A DNA stretch of 25,264 nt from a virus (lineage: Duplodnaviria; Caudoviricetes), in the IMG/VR virus record IMGVR_UViG_3300005326_000120, positions 1 through 25,264 of that record, one strand, 5' to 3'. The notes under the pieces are model-generated. The model had not been told where the DNA came from and did no database searches. It saw nothing but the letters and a program-made list of their open reading frames with translations. The stretch's first letter is position 1, and every line of letters begins with the position of its first letter. The position numbers and the translations under genes are program-made. This document shows, one piece after another, positions 1 through 7,395 of this stretch.

Positions 1-23
1 CCCCCCCTATAACTATAACTAAT

Positions 24-119
24 ATGGAAGACAAAACTAAACTAGAAGAACCTATGAATAAAGACTGGGAAAAAAGACTCATCAAACTAAAAGAAACCTA
101 TCAAAATCTAATAAGTTAA
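24..119 (+). CDS. Small hypothetical protein (31 aa, MEDKTKLEEP...)
   Basis: Read by hand, below the ORF-track cutoff. ATG follows an AT-rich leader like those of its neighbours, and TAA falls at the start of the 29-bp repeat. Confidence 0.5.
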   Translation: MEDKTKLEEPMNKDWEKRLIKLKETYQNLIS

Positions 120-141
120 CTAATCTATTTAATTACTATGA
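113..141 (+). repeat. 29-bp direct repeat copy 1 (AAGTTAACTAATCTATTTAATTACTATGA), includes the start codon of the next gene
   Basis: Identical to 1312-1340. Confidence 0.95.
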
Positions 142-338
142 AGAAAGAAGAAATAATTTTTAACGAAATTACCCAAAAAACTCCTAGAGTTTATGGGCTG
201 GAAGATGCTCCTGGTTCTACTATAGGATATCCCATAAAACAACTAGCTACTTATGAAAATACAGAAGTTGACCCCGTAAAGCTGACTAAATTTCTAGCTA
301 AGTTTATAAACATTAAACCCGAAGACATAATCGAATGA
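138..338 (+). CDS. Hypothetical protein
   Basis: 66-aa ORF starting inside the repeated leader, with an ATGA overlap to the next gene. Confidence 0.75.
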   Translation: MKKEEIIFNEITQKTPRVYGLEDAPGSTIGYPIKQLATYENTEVDPVKLTKFLAKFINIKPEDIIE

Positions 339-622
339 CCTGCGAATTTTGTAAAAACTCAACTTCTAATTATTGTAATAATTGTATGCCTAAAACCCAG
401 GAAGAATATAAGCTCGTGGTAAATATAGAATGGCATTTTAAGGATGCGGAAACTCTTAAAAAGGCTCACAGGGCTATCACGAAAGAAACCAGTAACTGGT
501 GGAAGTATGCTATCTGGAATAACGGACTAGAACCGAAGACTAAACAAATAGGAATAATCAACGGGCAAGAGTTCATAGCGTTTCTTACAAAAAGTCAAGT
601 AAACATACTTAAAAGCAAATGA
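335..622 (+). CDS. Hypothetical protein with N-terminal CxxC...CxxC zinc-binding motif
   Basis: CEFC-x7-CNNC, with ATGA coupling at both ends. Confidence 0.75.
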   Translation: MTCEFCKNSTSNYCNNCMPKTQEEYKLVVNIEWHFKDAETLKKAHRAITKETSNWWKYAIWNNGLEPKTKQIGIINGQEFIAFLTKSQVNILKSK

Positions 623-876
623 ATAAACAAGAACTAATTACAATAAGCGAAACTCTAAAAACCTTTGATGAAGAGTTTAGAAGTGCTGAACTTGGAAATC
701 ACGAGGAACTATTAAAAGACTTTATCCGCCAATCCATCACCTCTATCCTATCTACTATCCCAACAGAGGAGAAAGAAGAAAATGAAGATATTAAACATCC
801 TCCAATTGAATATTATCAAGGCTACAACTCCGCTATGAAAGAAGTCCGTTCCAGGATTAATCAAGTATTAAAGTAA
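619..876 (+). CDS. Hypothetical phage protein
   Basis: 85-aa ORF with a coupled start. The C-terminal YYQGYNSAMKEV pattern is common in small phage proteins. Confidence 0.75.
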   Translation: MNKQELITISETLKTFDEEFRSAELGNHEELLKDFIRQSITSILSTIPTEEKEENEDIKHPPIEYYQGYNSAMKEVRSRINQVLK

Positions 877-917
877 ATTTATTTGGAGGAAAAAACGCAG
901 AAGCTTATAACGCCCTT

Positions 918-1061
918 ATGCAAGCGTTTCAAGATATAGCCGAGGAAGAAGGAACAACTATTTATGGATGGTTAGATAAAATTCCAAAAACAGCTATGGT
1001 CGTGGGAATTATTGATAAATTACAAGAAAACGGCTTTAACATCACTAAAATAGAGACTTAG
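918..1061 (+). CDS. Small hypothetical protein (47 aa), possibly 5'-truncated
   Basis: Read by hand: MQAFQDIAEEEG...KIET*. The frame is open from about 861 but has no ATG before 918. Confidence 0.5.
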   Translation: MQAFQDIAEEEGTTIYGWLDKIPKTAMVVGIIDKLQENGFNITKIET

Positions 1062-1066
1062 TAATT

Positions 1067-1080
1067 AATAAAAGAAAGTT
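1067..1080 (+). repeat. 14-bp direct repeat AATAAAAGAAAGTT (second copy 1303-1316) flanking ORF 1082..1303
   Basis: Exact match of the two copies. Confidence 0.85.
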
Positions 1081-1081
1081 T

Positions 1082-1303
1082 ATGAGTAATAAACAAAACG
1101 ATGAATTTTACGAACACAAAAGGGAAATCGCAGAAGAAAAGAAAGTAACGAGATGTCATTGGTGCGGAAAATATGTTGGAGGAAAGGGTCAGGCCACTGT
1201 GAAAGAACCCAATATCTATTATTGCAGAGATTGTTATAAAAAGGGACTTGAAATGGAATATGAAGCTATGGGGCGGTACGATGCAAGATATAAAGATCTC
1301 TAA
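1082..1303 (+). CDS. Zinc-finger hypothetical protein
   Basis: CHWC...CRDC pairs. Confidence 0.75.
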   Translation: MSNKQNDEFYEHKREIAEEKKVTRCHWCGKYVGGKGQATVKEPNIYYCRDCYKKGLEMEYEAMGRYDARYKDL

Positions 1304-1311
1304 ATAAAAGA

Positions 1312-1340
1312 AAGTTAACTAATCTATTTAATTACTATGA
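1312..1340 (+). repeat. 29-bp direct repeat copy 2
   Basis: Identical to 113-141 and contains the ATG of ORF 1337. Confidence 0.95.
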
Positions 1341-1561
1341 GAGAAATAAGATATCAAACTAAAGAACGACCGTGTCCATTATGCGGAGGATTAGGGAAAA
1401 TAATGTCTGCCCATTTTAAATATACACAAGAACAAAGAGAAACTGCGCGCAAGCTTTATGCTAATGGGGTATCGTTAAGGGAGATAGCTGATAAGATAGG
1501 AGTCGAAGGAAGTGGAAAAGCTCAAAAAGTTAAAAGTTTAATTATGTCAATAAGATTTTAA
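1337..1561 (+). CDS. Helix-turn-helix DNA-binding protein with N-terminal CxxCxGxG motif
   Basis: CPLCGGLG followed by the HTH-like segment YTQEQRETARKLYANGVSLREIADKIGV. Confidence 0.75.
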   Translation: MREIRYQTKERPCPLCGGLGKIMSAHFKYTQEQRETARKLYANGVSLREIADKIGVEGSGKAQKVKSLIMSIRF

Positions 1562-1594
1562 TCTAACTATATAACTAATTATATTATTAAGGGT

Positions 1595-1798
1595 ATGAAA
1601 GAAATAATAATTGACCCAAGTTTAGATGAAAGACACAAAGAGGAGTATTACTTTGGTCGAATGTATTGCTCTAATTGCGATAGGCCAAATGGGCTTTATG
1701 ATGGTCCAGTTGACGCGATGATTCCGTACGGACAACCAGTGCCTAAAGAAAAAAAATATTACTGCCCTAATTGTAAATGTTTAACATTGATGTTTTAA
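1595..1798 (+). CDS. Zinc-ribbon hypothetical protein
   Basis: CSNC...CPNC. Confidence 0.75.
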   Translation: MKEIIIDPSLDERHKEEYYFGRMYCSNCDRPNGLYDGPVDAMIPYGQPVPKEKKYYCPNCKCLTLMF

Positions 1799-1806
1799 AT
1801 AATTAT

Positions 1807-2013
1807 ATGAAAAACTGGCTGTTACTAGAATTAGACGGCGGATGGCAGATGATTCTTCCAGATGATGATATAAAACCTCATTCTAAGTTGGTTATGACAT
1901 ATCCCGATAAAACTAAAAAGGCTTTCGTTGATGACATAGAATGCCCCTGTAAACCAAGCGTAGATTTTATAAATAAAATAATAACCCATAATGCCTTTGA
2001 TGGCAGAAAATAA
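1807..2013 (+). CDS. Hypothetical protein (H...CPC...H metal-binding-like); start likely 1807 rather than 1777
   Basis: ATG 1807 follows the upstream stop after an AT-rich spacer. The protein carries a PDDDIKPH...CPCKP...ITHNAFDGR motif. Confidence 0.7.
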   Translation: MKNWLLLELDGGWQMILPDDDIKPHSKLVMTYPDKTKKAFVDDIECPCKPSVDFINKIITHNAFDGRK

Positions 2014-2219
2014 TGAGTATCAAACCAAAAAAAGAAATTGAAGAATGTATATGCCAAATATGCGGGAGAGATTATCCGGTATGGTTTACTGATAATACTC
2101 TTTGGAATAGTGTGTGTGGAGATAAAATTCATTTTTTGTGCCTAGATTGTTTCGCTATCTTAGCAGACAAGAGGAGTGAAAAAAATGGAGTATGGAAGTT
2201 ATCAATAAAAAATTATTAA
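2013..2219 (+). CDS. Zinc-finger hypothetical protein
   Basis: CQIC...WFTDNTLW...LCLDC, with TAATG coupling. Confidence 0.75.
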   Translation: MSIKPKKEIEECICQICGRDYPVWFTDNTLWNSVCGDKIHFLCLDCFAILADKRSEKNGVWKLSIKNY

Positions 2220-2245
2220 ACCTATAAAAGATAATCTAAAAACTT

Positions 2246-2476
2246 ATGAAGAGTGAGGAAGCAATAAAAATACTTAGAAACCAAGGTTATATAACAGTCA
2301 AAATTAAACCCATAAAAGGAGATGGTACATACATCGGAGATGGGCGTGAAATAGAATGTACTTTAACGAGAAAAGGTGAACTTAGATTTTTAGATATAGA
2401 AGACGCCTTCCAAAGTGTTGATGAAACATTCCATATTGACCAGAGAGATAAAAAAAGAACGACCATGCTCCGCTGA
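2246..2476 (+). CDS. Hypothetical protein
   Basis: 76-aa ORF after the leader AAAACTTATG. Confidence 0.65.
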   Translation: MKSEEAIKILRNQGYITVKIKPIKGDGTYIGDGREIECTLTRKGELRFLDIEDAFQSVDETFHIDQRDKKRTTMLR

Positions 2477-2541
2477 GACACCGCAACGGACTCTTGAAGA
2501 CCATAAAAGATTTCTAAGAATTAACACTAATTAAAACTTAT

Positions 2542-2985
2542 ATGGAAAAATTTAAGGAAACTTGGAAAAGTGAGTGTGCTTGTTGCCACAGAACAGAAGG
2601 ACACGAAGAATGGTGTAATTGCCTTGACACCAGCAATACATTGATAAGACCTACCTCTATGGAAAACTTTAATAAAAAGAAGCTGGCGGAATTTAACGAC
2701 TGCTTTTTATCATCAGACGAAGAACAAAAATACGATTCATACCCCTATAATGTCTCTCCTTTGGCACACATTGAAATTGAAAAATTCATCTCGGATGTCA
2801 TAGACTCCTCTTTCCGTGCTGGGGAAGAAGCGATGAAGAAGAAAGTTTTAAAAGAAACGAAAAACTCAAGAATTTTTCTCTTTCCTCCATATATCGAAAA
2901 CGGAACGGCTGTCGCTCAAGATGAAGACGGAAACTATCATAAAGGAATGGAAATAGACCTCGAAAATTTCCTTAAACTCCAATAA
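2542..2985 (+). CDS. Hypothetical protein with N-terminal Cys/His cluster
   Basis: CACC...HEEWCNC, 147 aa. Confidence 0.7.
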   Translation: MEKFKETWKSECACCHRTEGHEEWCNCLDTSNTLIRPTSMENFNKKKLAEFNDCFLSSDEEQKYDSYPYNVSPLAHIEIEKFISDVIDSSFRAGEEAMKKKVLKETKNSRIFLFPPYIENGTAVAQDEDGNYHKGMEIDLENFLKLQ

Positions 2986-3003
2986 TTAACTTAACTAAAT
3001 AAA

Positions 3004-3174
3004 ATGGAAGTGATTTTTAAATTTTTCTGCAAATATATAAATATCCATCACGGAGAAATACTTTACACCCATTACGGAGATGATGGAATTTATGAAATGA
3101 GGAAATGCAATAGCTGCGGTTTAGAATGGAAAGTTGACTTGGAAAATAATTGCAAAAAGACAGTTCGTTTATAA
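3004..3174 (+). CDS. Small zinc-finger-like protein (56 aa)
   Basis: Read by hand: MEVIFKFFCKYINIHH...RKCNSCG...VRL*, a C-x5-H...CxxC pattern after an A-rich leader. Confidence 0.65.
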   Translation: MEVIFKFFCKYINIHHGEILYTHYGDDGIYEMRKCNSCGLEWKVDLENNCKKTVRL

Positions 3175-3178
3175 AACC

Positions 3179-3324
3179 ATCTCTTTAAGGGAATATTGAA
3201 GTGGCGGAATAAGACGCTGGTAGCCGTTGAGAATATCGGAGCGCGGACTAACCTTTTCCGTTATTAAAAAAGACCGAGGCGTGCAAGATGAAATTTCTTG
3301 CCTTCAATATTTCCCTAAAGGGAT
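3179..3324 (+). ncRNA. Degenerate tRNA-like structured element enclosed by 23-bp imperfect inverted repeats
   Basis: Acceptor-like ATTGAAG(3195-3201)/CTTCAAT(3302-3308), D-arm-like TGGCGGAATAAGACGC, T-arm-like GCAAG/CTTGC. It has no canonical anticodon arm or TTC loop. Confidence 0.55.
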
Positions 3325-3426
3325 AGTTAAAAAACCGGAAGGTGGCTCTCCGAAACAGAGGATAAACTATGAGCAGAACCCACTGCATAAAGTAGCCCCG
3401 CCTACTTTCTTTCCCTAAAGGGATAG
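3310..3426 (+). repeat. 17-bp direct repeats TTTCCCTAAAGGGATAG at 3310-3326 and 3410-3426
   Basis: Exact copies 100 bp apart, each with the internal palindrome TCCC-TAAA-GGGA. Confidence 0.9.
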
Positions 3427-3448
3427 ATTAAATTAATATAAAAATCTT

Positions 3449-3628
3449 ATGCTTTACCAGGAGATAAGGCTAGAAATAAAAAAAGAACTCACTAAAAGCG
3501 AATTATTAGAGAAACTAGCGGAGCAACACAAAGACGAGATTAAATGCAATAATGAATCTTGTGAACAGGTTATAACGTGGCAAGATGGTGAAATTGTTTA
3601 TTACAAGAAAATAGAAAAATACAAATAG
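3449..3628 (+). CDS. Small hypothetical protein (59 aa)
   Basis: Read by hand: MLYQEIRLEIKKEL...KIEKYK*, after the leader AAAAATCTTATG. Confidence 0.65.
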   Translation: MLYQEIRLEIKKELTKSELLEKLAEQHKDEIKCNNESCEQVITWQDGEIVYYKKIEKYK

Positions 3629-3629
3629 C

Positions 3630-3657
3630 TTGACAAATATTTCAAAAGGAGTATAAT
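3630..3657 (+). promoter_or_regulatory. Sigma70-type promoter upstream of the late operon
   Basis: Perfect TTGACA (3630-3635), 16-bp spacer, perfect TATAAT (3652-3657), in an intergenic region. Confidence 0.85.
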
Positions 3658-3692
3658 GTAATTAATTTAATAGTCTTGAGGAGAAAACTCCA

Positions 3693-3725
3693 GGGACGCA
3701 AACTCTATGTTTGGCGTCTTTTTTT
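3693..3725 (+). terminator. Intrinsic terminator in the late leader
   Basis: GACG-CAAAC / GTTTG-G-CGTC stem with a TCTAT loop, followed by T7 (3719-3725). Confidence 0.75.
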
Positions 3726-3727
3726 GC

Positions 3728-3819
3728 GTTTATAAAGCGGTGGTTAAAAACCAACCGAAAGCGGATAGCCTAGACGGCGCGATATCTCCACCCGTAATAG
3801 CAAATTCCGCTTTATAGGC
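3728..3819 (+). ncRNA. Putative multi-branch structured RNA leader
   Basis: TATAAAGCGG(3731-3740)/CCGCTTTATA(3807-3816) closes three short hairpins. Confidence 0.45.
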
Positions 3820-3826
3820 TCGAAAA

Positions 3827-4045
3827 ATGAAAATGACAGCAGGATATCAAATAGCTCAAGTAGAGGGAAGAATGAGGGATTTAGAGTCTCTTAATAAAAA
3901 GATGCTCCCGATTCATACCACGGAAGAAAGAAAGATCTTCAATAACCGCGCGAAAGAAATTAAGAAATTATCTCACGAAGTTTACGCATTAAGAAAGAAA
4001 TACATTAAGCCTAGAGTGTTTGCTGAAAGAATAAGGATTATATAA
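3827..4045 (+). CDS. Basic hypothetical protein, first gene of the late unit
   Basis: 72-aa ORF with coiled-coil-like composition. Confidence 0.7.
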   Translation: MKMTAGYQIAQVEGRMRDLESLNKKMLPIHTTEERKIFNNRAKEIKKLSHEVYALRKKYIKPRVFAERIRII

Positions 4046-4049
4046 AACA

Positions 4050-4175
4050 ATGCCTAAAAGAGATGTAGCAAAATTTGTTTTAGAAGACTTTACTGACGAA
4101 GAATTAAAGTTATTAGAAAACAAGGTATTTCCTAAGGTGTTAGAAGAAATAAAGGCATATATAAGCCATAAATAG
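4050..4175 (+). CDS. Small hypothetical protein (41 aa)
   Basis: Read by hand: MPKRDVAKFVLEDFTDEEL...ISHK*. It fills the gap exactly. Confidence 0.6.
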   Translation: MPKRDVAKFVLEDFTDEELKLLENKVFPKVLEEIKAYISHK

Positions 4176-4180
4176 ATATA

Positions 4181-4510
4181 ATGGATGAAATTATTGAAAA
4201 TCCTGCTATCAGGGACGAACAGGGAAGATTCAAGCCTGGATTTAGTGGCAACCCTAGTGGTAGACCAGCAGATACATTAAAAGATTATTTACGAAAAAAA
4301 CTATCTGAGATGCCCCCAGAAGAAAAAGACGAGTTTTTAAAAGACGTTCCTAAAGATCTGCAATGGAGAATGGCTGAAGGTAATCCGGCAACAGAGAATA
4401 AACATAGCGGGGATGAAGAAAACCCAATCGCTCATAAAGTAACCGTAGAATTCATAAATGGAAAAGGAAACGAAGATAAAAATACCCCAGGAGTACAAGA
4501 GACTGTTTGA
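4181..4510 (+). CDS. Probable terminase small subunit (DUF5681-like N-terminus)
   Basis: RDEQGRFKPGFSGNPSGRP motif, immediately upstream of and overlapping the large subunit. Confidence 0.75.
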   Translation: MDEIIENPAIRDEQGRFKPGFSGNPSGRPADTLKDYLRKKLSEMPPEEKDEFLKDVPKDLQWRMAEGNPATENKHSGDEENPIAHKVTVEFINGKGNEDKNTPGVQETV

Positions 4511-5687
4511 TAGTGACTGGAGGGAAGCTGCGATTTATGGGGGAAGATATAGTTTAAAATCTCACACAGTAGCTAGATTTCTCCTTATATCGGCAATGAT
4601 GAAAAAGACTAGGGTAGCGTGTTTCAGAGAATTTCAAAATTCAATCGCTGAAAGTTCTCATCAATTATTGGCTGATCTCATAAGACAATACGAACTAAAC
4701 GATTTTGAGGTAACTAATAACTCGATAGTCAATAAACTTAATGGTTGTGATTTCATTTTTAAAGGGCTTTGGCACAATGAGCAAAGTATCAAGTCCATTG
4801 AAGGCATAGACATCGCTTGGGTAGAAGAAGCTCAAACAGTTACCAGGCAAAGTCTTGAAGTCCTAACCCCGACAGTCAGAAAATCTGGATCAAGAATAAT
4901 TTATACATATAACAGATTATTCGAAGACGACCCTGTCCATCAGAGATTAGTTATCGAAGGAAGGCCAAATACTCTTATTATTAATGTCAATTACGATATA
5001 GCCGTCAAATACGGGATGATGCCGGAGGAGATCAGGCTCGAGATAGAAGACGACAAAGAGAAAAGACCATCCCTTTACCAGCATAAGTGGATGGGAGAAC
5101 CAAACACACTAGAGAGGAAGATTTACAAAGACTGGAACTTAATTGACGAGATACCGCACGAAGCCAGGCTATACAGACGAGGACTGGACTTCGGATATAC
5201 CAATGACCCGTCGGTTTTAATAGATATTTACGAGTATAACGGAGGATTCATATTAGACGAGCAATTTTACCGTAAGGGGCTTTCTAATAAAGCGATCGCT
5301 GATTATATAAACAACCTTCCTGAAAGCGGAACGCTAGTGATAGCCGACAGCGCAGAGCCTAAAAGCATTGATGAAATAAGCAGTTATGGCGTGAGGATTG
5401 TTGGAGCGGCTAAAGGCCAGGGAAGCGTTTATCAAGGCATTCAATTCGTCCAGGCGCAAAAGATAAGCCTGACTAAGCGAAGTGCTAAGACTTATAAAGC
5501 CTACCTAAATTACGTATTTGCAGAAGATAGAAGTGGAAAGATAATCAACGAGCCGGATGATACCAACCACGAATGGAGTAACCCTATGGATGCTTTAAGA
5601 TACGGATTTAACGGGGCTAAGATAGCGGAAAGAGAAACACCAGACCCTATATTTGCAACGTTTGGTACACATTTTGTGGAGGATTAA
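4458..5687 (+). CDS. terL: Terminase large subunit, PBSX family
   Basis: P-loop-like GGRYSLKSH, REFQNSI, KSIEGIDIAWVEEA (Walker B), LTPTVRK, and nuclease motifs GLDFG, ADSAEP and DALRY. Confidence 0.95.
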   Translation: MEKETKIKIPQEYKRLFDSDWREAAIYGGRYSLKSHTVARFLLISAMMKKTRVACFREFQNSIAESSHQLLADLIRQYELNDFEVTNNSIVNKLNGCDFIFKGLWHNEQSIKSIEGIDIAWVEEAQTVTRQSLEVLTPTVRKSGSRIIYTYNRLFEDDPVHQRLVIEGRPNTLIINVNYDIAVKYGMMPEEIRLEIEDDKEKRPSLYQHKWMGEPNTLERKIYKDWNLIDEIPHEARLYRRGLDFGYTNDPSVLIDIYEYNGGFILDEQFYRKGLSNKAIADYINNLPESGTLVIADSAEPKSIDEISSYGVRIVGAAKGQGSVYQGIQFVQAQKISLTKRSAKTYKAYLNYVFAEDRSGKIINEPDDTNHEWSNPMDALRYGFNGAKIAERETPDPIFATFGTHFVED

Positions 5688-5701
5688 AAACTTTTAAATA
5701 A

Positions 5702-7393
5702 ATGGAACAAATACAAGAAGAAAAAATATCAGAGCAAGACATTATAAAAACTCTTTTCAAAGAGCGGGACACTTACCAGCAGACTTCACTGACCCAGAGG
5801 AATGAAATCAATGAGATTTATGATTCCTATATGGGGAAGTTGTCTGATACGAAAGACAGAAGCAAATCACAAGAAAAGATAATGAAATTAAGGACGGAAA
5901 CAGCCTATATTGTTTCGTCCATTTTTAGTGGCCAACCTAAAATAGAAGTCGAGGGAGTGGGAGAAGAGGATAAGGTTATCTCGCAAGTCATTGAAAAGAT
6001 TATCAACTATCGTTTAGAGACTATTCCTCAGTGTTACGAGAAGATTGAGGCTTGGGTAAAACAAGCTACAGTCTTCGGGACTTCGATAATGAAAGTTATC
6101 TGGAAGTTTGAAACCAAGAAAGAAATTGACCCACAAACACAACAAGAATACGAAACACCAGTTAAAGATGAGCCTGATTTAGAAGTTCCTAATATCCTTG
6201 ATTGTTTTTATAACCCGATAATCCCTGATGTTGAGTGTCAATCGTCAATTATCTTTCGTTCAGTTATCCCGGTAGATGAAGTCAAAGAAAACCCCATATA
6301 TGACTTTGTTAATGATATTGGAGAAGTTAATAGAGAAAAAGTAGCTTCTAAGGGTGGTTCGGGATATAGCCAGTATGATTCCACCAAGCAAGTGAGAGGA
6401 GATAAGATTGACCTCCAAAAAGCCGGAGAAGGGACTATTGACATTTACGAACGCGTAATCAATGACCGGATTCAAACTATCGCTGACGGAAAAGAAAAAC
6501 TGGTTTTGCGAGACAAACCCAAAGATAGTGGAATGATTGAAGCGGTGAAACTTATCCACGAACCAAACGCTATTCCTAATCGTTTCGACGGTTTAGGAGT
6601 AGGACACAACACCTTAGGAATAGGGAAACTCTATCAGAAACTATCCAATCGCTTGTTAGACGCGGTTAATCTTTCCAATAATCCCTTCTTTTTATTCAAA
6701 AAAGGTTCGGTTAGTAACAACAAGCAATTAGTAGTCAGAGTCGGTGGAGGCGTGGAAGTAGACGGAGAGAAGCCTTTGAACGAATACATCCAGGCGGTTC
6801 AATTCCCTGATATTAAACAAGGCGCTATCAATCTTTTAAATAAGTTCGACGATGATCACAAAAGAGCGTCCGGAGCCAATGACCTATTGCAAGGATCGGC
6901 TTCTAATAAGACTCTAGGCCAAGACCAAATAGCTTCTACTTATTCCTCAAACAGATTTGAACTCATTAACCGCAGATTTAAGCAAGGACTGGCTGACGTA
7001 GCTAATATCATCATTAAACTGGAACTTAAGAACTTACAGAGTCCTGATTCCCCGATACTGCGAATATTCCCTCAAGAATTAAGAGTTCAGATATATCAAC
7101 TTCTTATTAGTGAAGCCCGGGACGCAAAATACAATATCAAAGTTAAAGGCGAGACTAACGTCGCCAAAAATAAAGAAATAATGCTCAGAGAATTCAGAGA
7201 GTGGCTGGAGATGTTTAAAGACTCCCTACCCCCAGAAAACCAAATGGAGTGCGCCAAGAAATGGCTGGAAATGAGAGGAATTACGGATATTGATAAATTA
7301 GTCCCTGACCCGCAGATGTTCGCTCAACAGCAGATGCAACAACAAGCAATGCAACAGATGGCAACAGGAGGACAACCTCAAGTAATGCAATAG
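5702..7393 (+). CDS. Portal protein (P22/podovirus type)
   Basis: 563 aa directly after terL. Contains VFGTSIMKV, FDGLGV, SGANDLLQG and a Gln/Met-rich C-terminal tail typical of this portal class. Confidence 0.85.
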   Translation: MEQIQEEKISEQDIIKTLFKERDTYQQTSLTQRNEINEIYDSYMGKLSDTKDRSKSQEKIMKLRTETAYIVSSIFSGQPKIEVEGVGEEDKVISQVIEKIINYRLETIPQCYEKIEAWVKQATVFGTSIMKVIWKFETKKEIDPQTQQEYETPVKDEPDLEVPNILDCFYNPIIPDVECQSSIIFRSVIPVDEVKENPIYDFVNDIGEVNREKVASKGGSGYSQYDSTKQVRGDKIDLQKAGEGTIDIYERVINDRIQTIADGKEKLVLRDKPKDSGMIEAVKLIHEPNAIPNRFDGLGVGHNTLGIGKLYQKLSNRLLDAVNLSNNPFFLFKKGSVSNNKQLVVRVGGGVEVDGEKPLNEYIQAVQFPDIKQGAINLLNKFDDDHKRASGANDLLQGSASNKTLGQDQIASTYSSNRFELINRRFKQGLADVANIIIKLELKNLQSPDSPILRIFPQELRVQIYQLLISEARDAKYNIKVKGETNVAKNKEIMLREFREWLEMFKDSLPPENQMECAKKWLEMRGITDIDKLVPDPQMFAQQQMQQQAMQQMATGGQPQVMQ

Positions 7394-7395
7394 AT

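Noticed and set aside
113-141. Integron attC/attI site
   Set aside because: GTTAACT does not fit GTTRRRY, there is no attC-like inverted structure, and no integrase is present.
3195-3308. Functional tRNA or tmRNA gene
   Set aside because: No 7-nt anticodon loop at the proper position, no D-loop GG, no TTC loop and no CCA. It is too short for tmRNA and has no tag ORF.
3365-3395. Hammerhead ribozyme (CTATGA-GCAG/CTGC-ATAAA)
   Set aside because: The conserved CUGAnGA and GAAA core nucleotides are not matched.
3227-3418. 63-aa ORF from the ORF track
   Set aside because: TTG start with no AT-rich leader, and it overlies the structured repeats. More likely non-coding.
3310-3426. CRISPR mini-array
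   Set aside because: Only two 17-bp repeats with an 83-nt structured spacer, and no cas genes.
3673-3710. Resemblance to a c-di-GMP-I riboswitch (hairpin followed by GGGACGCAAA)
   Set aside because: The 5' GGCAAA element and the second stem with tetraloop receptor are absent. The segment is better explained as a terminator arm.
7318-7390. CAG/CAA/ATG low-complexity run
   Set aside because: It encodes the Gln/Met-rich portal tail, which is ordinary for this portal class.
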